Below, one piece after another: positions 1-6,906 of a stretch of 32,542 nucleotides of DNA. A model generated the notes under the pieces. It was not told the origin of the DNA. It saw only the letters and a list, made by a program, of their open reading frames with translations, and did no database searches. Location of the stretch: the NCBI GenBank assembly GCA_031415535.1, contig JANORY010001020.1, positions 1-32,542 of the forward strand. The letters are read 5' to 3'. The position numbers and the translations under genes are program-made. The first letter of the stretch is position 1. Each line of letters opens with the position of its first letter. Source of the stretch: Burkholderiales bacterium. GTDB lineage: Bacteria > Pseudomonadota > Gammaproteobacteria > Burkholderiales > Burkholderiaceae_E.

Positions 1-225
1 CTCAACGCCATCATTCGCCCGATCCTCTTCATCTTGACTCTGCCGATCACACTCTTGACCTTGGGGCTTTTCACACTGGTTCTGAACGGCCTGATGTTCT
101 GGCTGGCAGCGCGCCTGATTGACGGCTTTGAGGTTACCAGCTTTGGCTGGGCGATGGTCGCAGCGCTCGCTTACAGTCTTGTCAGTTGGGCGGTTTCCTC
201 ATTGCTGATGCGCAATAAAGTCTAG
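1..225 (+). CDS. C-terminal part of a small polytopic membrane protein (DUF360 / phage-holin-4_2-like family); the 5' end lies outside the window
   Basis: Frame 1 is open from base 1 to TAG at 223-225. The translated tail LNAIIRPILFILTLPITLLTLGLFTLVLNGLMFWLAARLIDGFEVTSFGWAMVAALAYSLVSWAVSSLLMRNKV consists of hydrophobic helices resembling the YvlD/DUF360 family. The family name is from memory only. Confidence 0.5.
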   Translation, partial: LNAIIRPILFILTLPITLLTLGLFTLVLNGLMFWLAARLIDGFEVTSFGWAMVAALAYSLVSWAVSSLLMRNKV

Positions 226-229
226 GAGC

Positions 230-1690
230 CTAGCGCCGCCCACCTGGCAGTTTGGTGCGGATAAAGTTTTCGGCATCATCAAGCGCGTACGGCAGTTGAA
301 AACCACTGGTGTGGCTCATTTCGTCGAAGAATAGAAAATGCCGATCGCCCTGCCAATCCTTTTTGCCGGGGTGCGCACCGTCGGCCCACTGCATATCCGG
401 TCCGCCGCACTCATTCGGATGCGAATTGACGGTACGTTCCGACAAGCGCGGTATGTAGCGGAAATTCATGTGCGAATTTCGAAAACCGCCGACCGCGCGC
501 ACCAGATCGCAGGACTGTTTCGGCGGAATCACCTCATCGCGTGCGCCATGAATGATCAGCATAGCGCCAGAAAAGTTGCTCAGCGCTGCAGCGGAATACA
601 GCGGAGAACGCGAGCGAAACGCAGCCGGGTTGCTGCGCGGCGTACCGACGCTGGCGGTCGCTTCGGCCAGAAACTTACCCAGATCCGGATAAGCGCCGGG
701 CTGGGTCACCCTGATTGACGCGTAGTCATACAAAACCGACCATTCAGACGGGCCGAAAACATCGACCATGACCTGAGCTGGCGCGCCGCGCGCGATCATT
801 TGCAAGCTGATGCAGCCGCCGTGCGAGAACCCCAACAGGGCGATCAGATCCGGCACAACATACGACTGGGTTTGGGCGATGGCGAGCAATCGCAACGAAT
901 CATCAACCTCACCGGCGCAGTACTCGACCACGCCTTGCGAGTTATCCTCGCCCCGATACGCCGACATGAACACCGCGTATCCGCGATCGGACATGTATTG
1001 GCACAAACCATCGCCACTGAGGTCGGCACCAAAGCCGTTGAAGCCGGCATGCTGGTACATCAGAATCGGAAACCGGCCGTCCTCATTCGGGCGGCAAATC
1101 AATCCCGCAATCAGCAGACCGTCACTCAAGTAGCTGACCCGTTCGCGAATTGTTCGGCTGGTACGCTGCAGCAGTTCAACCTGCAGGAACGCCGGCGGCA
1201 CCGGCGCAGCGACGGGCGCGGGCGCTGCGGCAACCGGCGCTGCGACGGGTGCTGCGACCGGTGCTGCGACCGGTGCTGCAACGGGCGCGGCCACCACTGC
1301 CGCCACCGGTGGAGCGCTGACGGGTGCAGAAACGGGTGCGGTTGCGGGCATCGCCACGATGGGCGACGGGTCAGACACGGCAGGCGTGCTGGCAACGGGG
1401 GTACTAATGACCGGGGTGCTGGCAACGACAGTGTTTGAGGCCGGCGCGCCAGTCACTGCCGATCCGGCTGCAAGCGCAATATTGGCGCTGGCGCTGGCGT
1501 CGGTGCTAATTGGTGCCGGCACCGGACTAGCCGACGAAACGACGGTGGCCGATGCCGACGGCTCGGTTGTTGTCTGGGCACTGACGCCAGCAGCACTGTC
1601 ACCACCGCTGCCACATCCAGTTACAGCTCCAGTCAGTTGCAATGCGACCAAAAGGGCAATCGTGCGAATAAAACTGAACGAACTGAACAT
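230..1690 (-). CDS. Secreted lipoprotein with a long Ala/Pro/Val/Ser/Thr repeat linker and a C-terminal alpha/beta-hydrolase domain (dienelactone-hydrolase / S9-type esterase-peptidase)
   Basis: ORF 230..1717 is trimmed to the ATG at 1690; the codon at 1717 is TTG, and AGGA lies about 9 nt upstream of 1690. MFSSFSFIRTIALLVALQLTGAVTGC is a signal peptide plus lipobox. A low-complexity linker of about 160 aa contains (APVA)n. The hydrolase core has the nucleophile elbow GFSHGG, the acid loop IIHGARDEVIP and a late His (EMSHTSG). Confidence 0.75.
   Translation of the reverse strand: MFSSFSFIRTIALLVALQLTGAVTGCGSGGDSAAGVSAQTTTEPSASATVVSSASPVPAPISTDASASANIALAAGSAVTGAPASNTVVASTPVISTPVASTPAVSDPSPIVAMPATAPVSAPVSAPPVAAVVAAPVAAPVAAPVAAPVAAPVAAAPAPVAAPVPPAFLQVELLQRTSRTIRERVSYLSDGLLIAGLICRPNEDGRFPILMYQHAGFNGFGADLSGDGLCQYMSDRGYAVFMSAYRGEDNSQGVVEYCAGEVDDSLRLLAIAQTQSYVVPDLIALLGFSHGGCISLQMIARGAPAQVMVDVFGPSEWSVLYDYASIRVTQPGAYPDLGKFLAEATASVGTPRSNPAAFRSRSPLYSAAALSNFSGAMLIIHGARDEVIPPKQSCDLVRAVGGFRNSHMNFRYIPRLSERTVNSHPNECGGPDMQWADGAHPGKKDWQGDRHFLFFDEMSHTSGFQLPYALDDAENFIRTKLPGGRR
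1195..1300. repeat. Imperfect 12-bp tandem repeat (ggtgctgcgacc-like units) encoding (APVA)n inside the hydrolase linker
   Basis: Consecutive units are readable at 1221-1292: ggcgctgcggcaacc, ggcgctgcgacg, ggtgctgcgacc, ggtgctgcgacc, ggtgctgcaacg, ggcgcggccacc. On the minus strand they translate as AAPVAAPVAAPVAAPVAAPVAA. Confidence 0.75.
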
Positions 1691-1775
1691 CAAAGGTTTT
1701 CCTGAGAACGGCACCAAGCACCATTATCCCTAAGTCGGCCGCGCTGGAGCAAAACAGGGAATAGCATACCGGGCA

Positions 1776-1976
1776 GTGCATAAAGATAGTCGAGATGAGC
1801 GATGGTCGCAAGTCTTGAGCATCGCTCATACCGATCCGGTCCGCGCGCTGAATATTTCGGGTGACCAACGTCGATTCATTTCGGGAGGCGATGGAGGTGA
1901 TCCTTCGGTGAAACTGTGGTCTTTCGATGCCGACCGCGGGCCACAGAGGCCTGATCATGCTAGCGGATCTCGATAA
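1776..1976 (+). pseudogene. Relic of a WD40-repeat protein gene (a single recognisable repeat, no intact gene)
   Basis: The 66-aa ORF contains IAHTDPVRALNISGDQRRFISGGDGGDPSVKLWSFD. This fits the WD40 consensus H..pV..l.fSpDg..l.SGs.D.t.kLWd. It has a GTG start and no credible N- or C-terminal context. A shifted frame downstream (about 1960-2090) reads LDNGTTCCWDE...HRIWNE, which may be further degraded repeats. Confidence 0.4.
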
Positions 1977-2108
1977 CGGCACCACATGCTGCTGGGACGA
2001 GGTCGTATCGATCGTTTCCTACCCAGGATTGGGGATGCGACGAACAGGCTATCGCCATAGAATTTGGAATGAAAGTGTCAGATAGGTTCGTGAGCGAGGA
2101 GAAGACTT

Positions 2109-3815
2109 GTGGCGGCAAACTTGGCAACAGCGAAAGTCCGCAATCGACGCTCATGTTCGAACGTTCTGTCGAAGTGGGCTTTGGTCGCATGTGCCGCGCA
2201 AGTTGGTCTTTCCGGGTGCGCGGGTCTTTATCCGCACGATGCCGAGCGCGCGGCCGCGACGGCGGGGATCGCCAAGAACCTGGACGCCGTCAGGCCGGAA
2301 CTGTTCGCCAAGGACCGGCGTTCGGATTTGCAGAAGCTCCTACAATACGAAGTCGATGCTCTGGCCGAGCGTAAGAAGGCCTCGCTCGCGCTGTACGCAC
2401 ACGTGATCAGCCAACCGTCGGCCGAGGTGGGTGTTGAATCGCCGTCTCCCTGGTTCACGGGGTTCTTCAGAGACACCAGGGCGCGTTTCGGCGATTCGTC
2501 GAAGCCGATCGACATCGGGGCACTTCTCGCAAGCGGGCGAATTCCAGCGTCCGTTGAAATGCGTCAGAAAGCGCTCGCCGAATCGATTGAAGAAATTTTC
2601 GGGTCTGCCGCGCTCGACAGTTCTTGCCCGAAATCGGATAAGTTGAGTGAGTACATCGACCAGCGCAAGCGGGCACTGCAGGGTACGCCGGTACCCGGGG
2701 GAGGACAAGTCTGGACAGCCGAGCTGCTGGATGAAGAGTTGGAAACGTATAAGGCCGAATGCGAGGGTATTAACAAAGCCCGCGAAGAGGTCATGATCGT
2801 GGGTCCAGAACTGAAATCCACGGCCAATGCCTTGGCGGAGGCGAAGGCCAAAGTCAGTGCCAGAGTCAACGTGTCAAAAAGCCGGCAGAAGGCCCTGCAG
2901 TCGGCGAAGAACGCCTTTGACAAGGCGATGATAGAGCTGGAGACCGCGCAAGGCACCGGCGCGGCGACCGAAAAGCGCTTGCGTGATTCGGCCGCACGAA
3001 TTAAGCGGCAACTCGATCGCCTCGCTAAGGTGGCACCGGAGGCTGCCTCCGACTCGAGATTATCCGCGTTGGCCGATTTGCTCGGCGCCGCCGGCGACGG
3101 CTCCGAGAGTGCGGCGAAGTCCGCCTCGTCGTCACTGGTCGTCGCCTCCGCGATACCTGGCTTGGCTAATGCCTGGCAGCAGTCGCGCACGGTGTTGCCG
3201 CCCGTTTCGCATCTGTTGCTCGCGCTGAACCACGAACTCGCCGAGGCCGAAAAGATACGCGCGATCCTGGCGGTAGAGAAGCGCGAACTCGCTCTGCTTG
3301 AAGAGCGTGGGCGTCTGCTGCGTTCTGAGTTGTCGAGTCGCGTGCGGACGCTACGCTTGGTTTGCAAAATGCACACCGGTTCGACCAACGCGTGCCAGCA
3401 GATCGACCTGATCGATGATGAAAAACCGAATGCTCGATTCGAATTGACGGCGAAGGATCCGCTGAACGGTAGCGCCGTTTCCGGCGTGTTCAAGAAATCA
3501 CTTCCCGAGCTCGAAAGCGGTCCCCCAACCGGAAAAATGACCGCAGGTGAGGTTCGCGAGTTGGCGATATCATTGCTCGAAAGCTATCAGAGCGCATTCG
3601 ATATCGCGCTGAACGGTCTATACGCGACAAATCTGATACACGAGAAGATGGGAATCGAGCACGAATCGGCTTATCGGCAGTGGTTCAATTTGACCCAGGT
3701 GCCGACCAAGCAGTTGGAGCACTACTACGCTGGCGGGGTCAAGCCGGCAGAGATCGCGGATCTGCTGCTCAAGGCCCTCGGGGTAACCGGTATCGCCATT
3801 GGAGTGAGCAAATGA
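2109..3815 (+). CDS. Hypothetical 568-aa predicted lipoprotein, largely helical/coiled-coil, with a short hydrophobic C-terminal tail; no domain recognised
   Basis: This is the longest ORF in the region, and its composition is protein-like (rich in E/K/L/A), whereas the antisense 309-aa ORF is Ser/Arg-rich. The start is GTG at 2109, with AGGAGA about 8-13 nt upstream. The N-terminus KVRNRRSCSNVLSKWALVACAAQVGLSGC is a signal peptide plus LSGC lipobox. The protein ends ...IADLLLKALGVTGIAIGVSK. Its stop overlaps the next gene's ATG (ATGA at 3812-3815). Confidence 0.7.
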   Translation: MAANLATAKVRNRRSCSNVLSKWALVACAAQVGLSGCAGLYPHDAERAAATAGIAKNLDAVRPELFAKDRRSDLQKLLQYEVDALAERKKASLALYAHVISQPSAEVGVESPSPWFTGFFRDTRARFGDSSKPIDIGALLASGRIPASVEMRQKALAESIEEIFGSAALDSSCPKSDKLSEYIDQRKRALQGTPVPGGGQVWTAELLDEELETYKAECEGINKAREEVMIVGPELKSTANALAEAKAKVSARVNVSKSRQKALQSAKNAFDKAMIELETAQGTGAATEKRLRDSAARIKRQLDRLAKVAPEAASDSRLSALADLLGAAGDGSESAAKSASSSLVVASAIPGLANAWQQSRTVLPPVSHLLLALNHELAEAEKIRAILAVEKRELALLEERGRLLRSELSSRVRTLRLVCKMHTGSTNACQQIDLIDDEKPNARFELTAKDPLNGSAVSGVFKKSLPELESGPPTGKMTAGEVRELAISLLESYQSAFDIALNGLYATNLIHEKMGIEHESAYRQWFNLTQVPTKQLEHYYAGGVKPAEIADLLLKALGVTGIAIGVSK

Positions 3816-4429
3816 AGCGATCGATCGTATTAGCTTGTTCGCTGGTCGCGGCGGGTTGTGCGACACCACCGGCCGTCTTTCAGCTTGCCGAAAAGACCGC
3901 CGAAGGCGCCGGCCAGTTCGTCGTACATTTGAATCGTCTCGAACAACACTATCAGGATATCGCCCGACAGCGCATGGATCTGGTCGTTCGGCGGGAGGCT
4001 GGGACCCGACAGTTCCAGGCGGATCTCGCCCGATACCGCGCGATCAATGCTGGCGGCGGTGGTCAGACCGATCAGAGCCGTTGGGTAGATTCCAAACTGC
4101 AGTTGTTTTCGCAGTTGGAGACGATTCAGCGCGAGGCGCTCAAGGATGATGCTTCGCGCAGCCGCGACCTGTTGGGAGGTCTCGTGCCCATCAAACCGTA
4201 CAGCGAAAAGCTGATGGAGATCGGCAGCGCGCTGGCGACACAAGGCACCGCCGACTCAAAGGAGCAGCGTTTGCGGTTTTTGGCGGGGTACCTGAAAGAG
4301 GTCCGAACGGACCTTAAATCGGCGCTGAACGAAGACAACGCGCTGGCGCAGTCTGCTTCCACCCTGATCGACAGCGCGAAGGCCGACCTGGAGTCGGCTT
4401 CGGCGAAATTGAAAATCGAGAAAAAGTAA
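3812..4429 (+). CDS. Hypothetical 205-aa predicted lipoprotein, helical; no domain recognised
   Basis: ORF 3680..4429 is trimmed to the ATG at 3812, which overlaps the upstream stop (ATGA). MKRSIVLACSLVAAGCATPP is a textbook signal peptide plus lipobox. The rest is rich in charged helix-forming residues. Confidence 0.7.
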   Translation: MKRSIVLACSLVAAGCATPPAVFQLAEKTAEGAGQFVVHLNRLEQHYQDIARQRMDLVVRREAGTRQFQADLARYRAINAGGGGQTDQSRWVDSKLQLFSQLETIQREALKDDASRSRDLLGGLVPIKPYSEKLMEIGSALATQGTADSKEQRLRFLAGYLKEVRTDLKSALNEDNALAQSASTLIDSAKADLESASAKLKIEKK

Positions 4430-4432
4430 ACG

Positions 4433-4840
4433 ATGAACGCAACTGCGACCAAACCGAACCCACAGGAGGCTGCGATGGCCACACCCCCAGAAGAACGAGA
4501 ATCCTTCGATCGACTGCGGCGAACCTCACGGACCCGGCATTTAGTACAAATGCAGATCATGGGGCTCCAGTTGTCGAAATTCGGTGCTACCGCGGCCGAG
4601 ACGATCGGCATCGACGCGCAGATCGCCCCGCTGGATTTGAAGGCTGACGATTTAAAGCAGCGCTTGATCGCAATGCAGGCGAATCGATTCCAATTCCCGG
4701 GTCCGAGCGGCGCAACGTTGACCGAGATTTCAAATCTACTGAAAGCCGTCGAATCGGCAGCGAACGCCGGTGAGAGCGCGAACAAAAAATTGAAGTTGAC
4801 CGCCTCGGTACTCGAATTGGCCGCTCGCGTGCTGGCTTAG
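4433..4840 (+). CDS. Hypothetical 135-aa protein without a signal peptide; third gene of the orphan operon
   Basis: The ATG at 4433 lies 3 nt after the upstream TAA (4427-4429) on the same strand. The composition is plausible for a helical protein, but I see no motifs. The start could instead be the second Met (MATPPEER). Confidence 0.55.
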   Translation: MNATATKPNPQEAAMATPPEERESFDRLRRTSRTRHLVQMQIMGLQLSKFGATAAETIGIDAQIAPLDLKADDLKQRLIAMQANRFQFPGPSGATLTEISNLLKAVESAANAGESANKKLKLTASVLELAARVLA

Positions 4841-5817
4841 GCACTTAATCCGACCTCGGATAGTCCCTGGTGCACGTTCGAGCGACCCAAGATGATCCGT
4901 TCGTTGCTCAACCGCTTCGACGGATCTGCGCCGTCGCGAGCTCAACGATCTGCTCTGGGATTGGCACATGTATGCAGAAAGTTTCCGTAGTGATGACTTT
5001 GCCAGCCACTTACTTGGAACTCGCTAAAGAGGCGGAAACGTCCAAGAACCGCATCTGTCCAAGAACAGGATCTTGACAAACCGACAACCTCTTTTCGAAT
5101 CGGGCGGTTCGAGCCGTTCACCTCTTTCAGGGTCTCGGCTCGCTGTGCCACTGCATAGAACGCAAATGGTCCGCTGGACCATACGGCCAGCAGCATCTGC
5201 ATCTAGTTAGAGCGCCCGCCGCTCTGGAGCCTCAAGTTCGATTCATCAGTTTTGGGGATGTCAATCTCGCGCTTGGGGTGCATACTCAGAGTGCCATTCT
5301 CCGAACAATTCGCGCGGCGTGTCGGCATCGAGTAAAAGCTGAAATCCACTGCGAATACCCGTTTGCGTGGGCCGAGCGGCACACCGATTCGAGCGCGAAA
5401 AGTTCATTCAGTCTCGGGCCTGCGGGCTGAGTCCCTGCGCTTGGCAATCAATCCACGCGCCGGTTACTGCCGACAGGTAGCGACACCACGCAAAGCATCG
5501 GAGAAATTCTTCGGAAACGAGCACCGGTCAGCACTCCCGGGGACCGATTCGAACTTGAGGCCGATCGAGCGACCCGCGCCGCACCGAAAATGCGAACCGA
5601 AAGTTGCGCTGACCCAATTGAACACAGTACGTGGGACGTACTGTTGTAACGTTCAGTCCAGTAGGGGATGCCTGAGCCAAACGGTTCACCGAGGTGGCCT
5701 GATCCGATGAATCCAATTCGTGCATTCAGGTTCTCGGTGTGGCTTCCGTTGTTGCACTTCGGATATTGATTCTCCGGCAGTCTTGATTGCTTGCGATATC
5801 AATCATGCAGCCTTAAT

Positions 5818-6426
5818 TTAGGCGAATTCAACTTCATTTGCCGCCAATCGTCTGCGCAGCTCCGCCAGCATTTCCTTCTCCGTGAAATTCATTGCCCAAG
5901 CCGGTCGCAACTGAAAGTGCGGCTGATCGACAAACGAAGTCCAGTTTCCACCCCACTCCAGCCCGAGGTCAACGCCGAGCACGCCCACCGCTTTGTATTT
6001 GGGCGATTCGCCCAGGTACCTGTTGCCGGCGAACACGCCGACGTCAAAGGCGATGCCAAAGTTGTGGTTGGAGAATCCGCCCTTGGCATTTGTCACAATC
6101 GGCCCTGGCTTGCTCCGGCCCTTAGCGAACAAGGCGTCTTGCTCGGCAAAGGTGCGCGAGCCGCCTATGATTTTGATTTGCACACCGACGCTCGCCGCCT
6201 TTTGCACTAGCGCACGCGCCATCGGTCTCACGACCGGCAGTAAGGTAGCGATGTTCAGTTCGCTTCGGTCGTCGACCTGCGTAATCGCCAGTTCGGGCGC
6301 TTTGCCGGCGATCGTCGGTTTGACGATTTTGGCGTAGATCGCGCCCCAGGTTTCAGCGCCGGCATGGCCATCGACCTGAACGCCCAGCTTCTTTTGCACA
6401 GCCGCAATCATTGCCTGGATTTCCAT
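5818..6426 (-). CDS. Phage-type endolysin: N-terminal peptidoglycan-binding domain (PG_binding_1-like) plus a zinc M15-family peptidase (L-alanyl-D-glutamate / D-Ala-D-Ala peptidase type)
   Basis: ORF 5818..6489 is trimmed to the ATG at 6426, with GGAGG (6435-6431) 4 nt upstream. MEIQAMIAAVQKKLGVQVDGHAGAETWGAIYAKI matches the PG-binding repeat (LxxDGxxGxxTxxA). The catalytic part has SNHNFGIAFD (His and Asp zinc ligands), WGGNW and DQPHFQL (second His), typical of M15 endolysins. There is no signal peptide. Confidence 0.85.
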   Translation of the reverse strand: MEIQAMIAAVQKKLGVQVDGHAGAETWGAIYAKIVKPTIAGKAPELAITQVDDRSELNIATLLPVVRPMARALVQKAASVGVQIKIIGGSRTFAEQDALFAKGRSKPGPIVTNAKGGFSNHNFGIAFDVGVFAGNRYLGESPKYKAVGVLGVDLGLEWGGNWTSFVDQPHFQLRPAWAMNFTEKEMLAELRRRLAANEVEFA

Positions 6427-6467
6427 AGGGCCTCCTTGACTCGGTGTTTGACAGACCATAGTAGTGC

Positions 6468-6739
6468 GTGCAGATCGCGGGCGCATCACCTGTCTTTGGG
6501 AGGTCTCGGCACCCTAAGCCGGTGAACTTCTTCAGCCGCGCCGATCTCGCCAAACACGTGCCCGAGTTGAGCGCCTCGGCGCTGTCGCGCAAATTGCTCT
6601 GGCTGCGCCAGCATCATCTGATCAAGAAGTCGCTCACACCTATCGCTACTACATCATTCGCATCGGTCGTGCCGCGATTGCCGCTGCCTGCTCGCTCACT
6701 GAATTCAACATCATTCCGGCAATCGCCCATGTTCGTTGA
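6468..6739 (+). pseudogene. Frameshifted, N-terminally truncated fragment of a conserved winged-helix-like hypothetical protein
   Basis: Frame A reads ...FFSRADLAKHVPELSASALSRKLLWLRQHHLIKK. A shift near 6629 puts the sequence in frame B, which reads VAHTYRYYIIRIGRAAIAAACSLTEFNIIPAIAHVR and stops at 6737-6739. The joined sequence resembles a C-terminal module (...LRLLR.HGLIKKV..THRY.LT..GR.AI.A...) that I recall from hypothetical proteins often found near mobile DNA. I cannot name the family. Confidence 0.35.
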
Positions 6740-6906
6740 ATTCTTCTCAGTAAACGTGATGATTTATTTGCTTAGAGACTCAGCTAGTTGATTTGCGGGC
6801 CGCAGGCTTGCTTTCCAGCAACCCCGCGAGTCCATCCGACACACTTTATGCTGGACATGTGTACAGTGTCGGTTTTCGAACGATCCGAAGCGTACACCGT
6901 TTCAGC

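Noticed and set aside
1195-1300. A possible CRISPR-like or VNTR array suggested by the regularly spaced short repeats; I considered the same for 25990-26100
   Set aside because: The units are contiguous 12-bp or triplet-type coding repeats with no spacers, inside ORFs that encode low-complexity peptide. There are no cas genes. These are not CRISPR arrays.
800-1438. A 212-aa plus-strand ORF and other ORFs nested in the hydrolase gene (338..718, 810..1133, 1359..1733)
   Set aside because: These are antisense or alternative frames of the alpha/beta-hydrolase gene and its repeat region (Arg/Cys/Gly repeats such as CCDRCCDRCCN). None shows independent coding evidence.
2564-3493. A 309-aa minus-strand ORF inside the first gene of the orphan operon
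   Set aside because: It is extremely rich in Ser, Arg and Ala (runs such as SSSSSS and RRPRSSSRASSR) and has no export signal or start context. The plus-strand frame is longer, has an SD, a lipobox and translational coupling to the next gene.
3680-3811. Long N-terminal extensions offered by the ORF track: 3680 for gene 2 of the orphan operon, and also 6489, 13350, 14408, 18570, 26222, 28539, 29212 and 30363
   Set aside because: In every case the extension overlaps the preceding gene and is rich in Arg, Pro and Ser. An internal ATG gives a canonical N-terminus (lipoprotein signal, Rossmann motif or conserved His-enzyme start) with a gap of 0-20 nt or an ATGA overlap to the upstream gene.
4126-4785. 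A 219-aa minus-strand ORF spanning genes 2 and 3 of the orphan operon
   Set aside because: It is an antisense shadow with Ser/Arg/Ala-rich composition. It crosses the boundary between two well-supported plus-strand genes.
5624-5644. A perfect 9-bp hairpin, acagtacgt-ggg-acgtactgt, in the ORF-poor tract
   Set aside because: There is no T-run and no adjacent gene end. By rough estimate, about one such 9-bp stem is expected by chance in 32 kb, so it is not reportable on its own.
5818-6426. A complete prophage around the endolysin
   Set aside because: I could recognise no capsid, tail, terminase, holin, spanin or integrase ORFs in the flanking 5 kb on either side. The neighbours are decayed fragments and unrelated genes.
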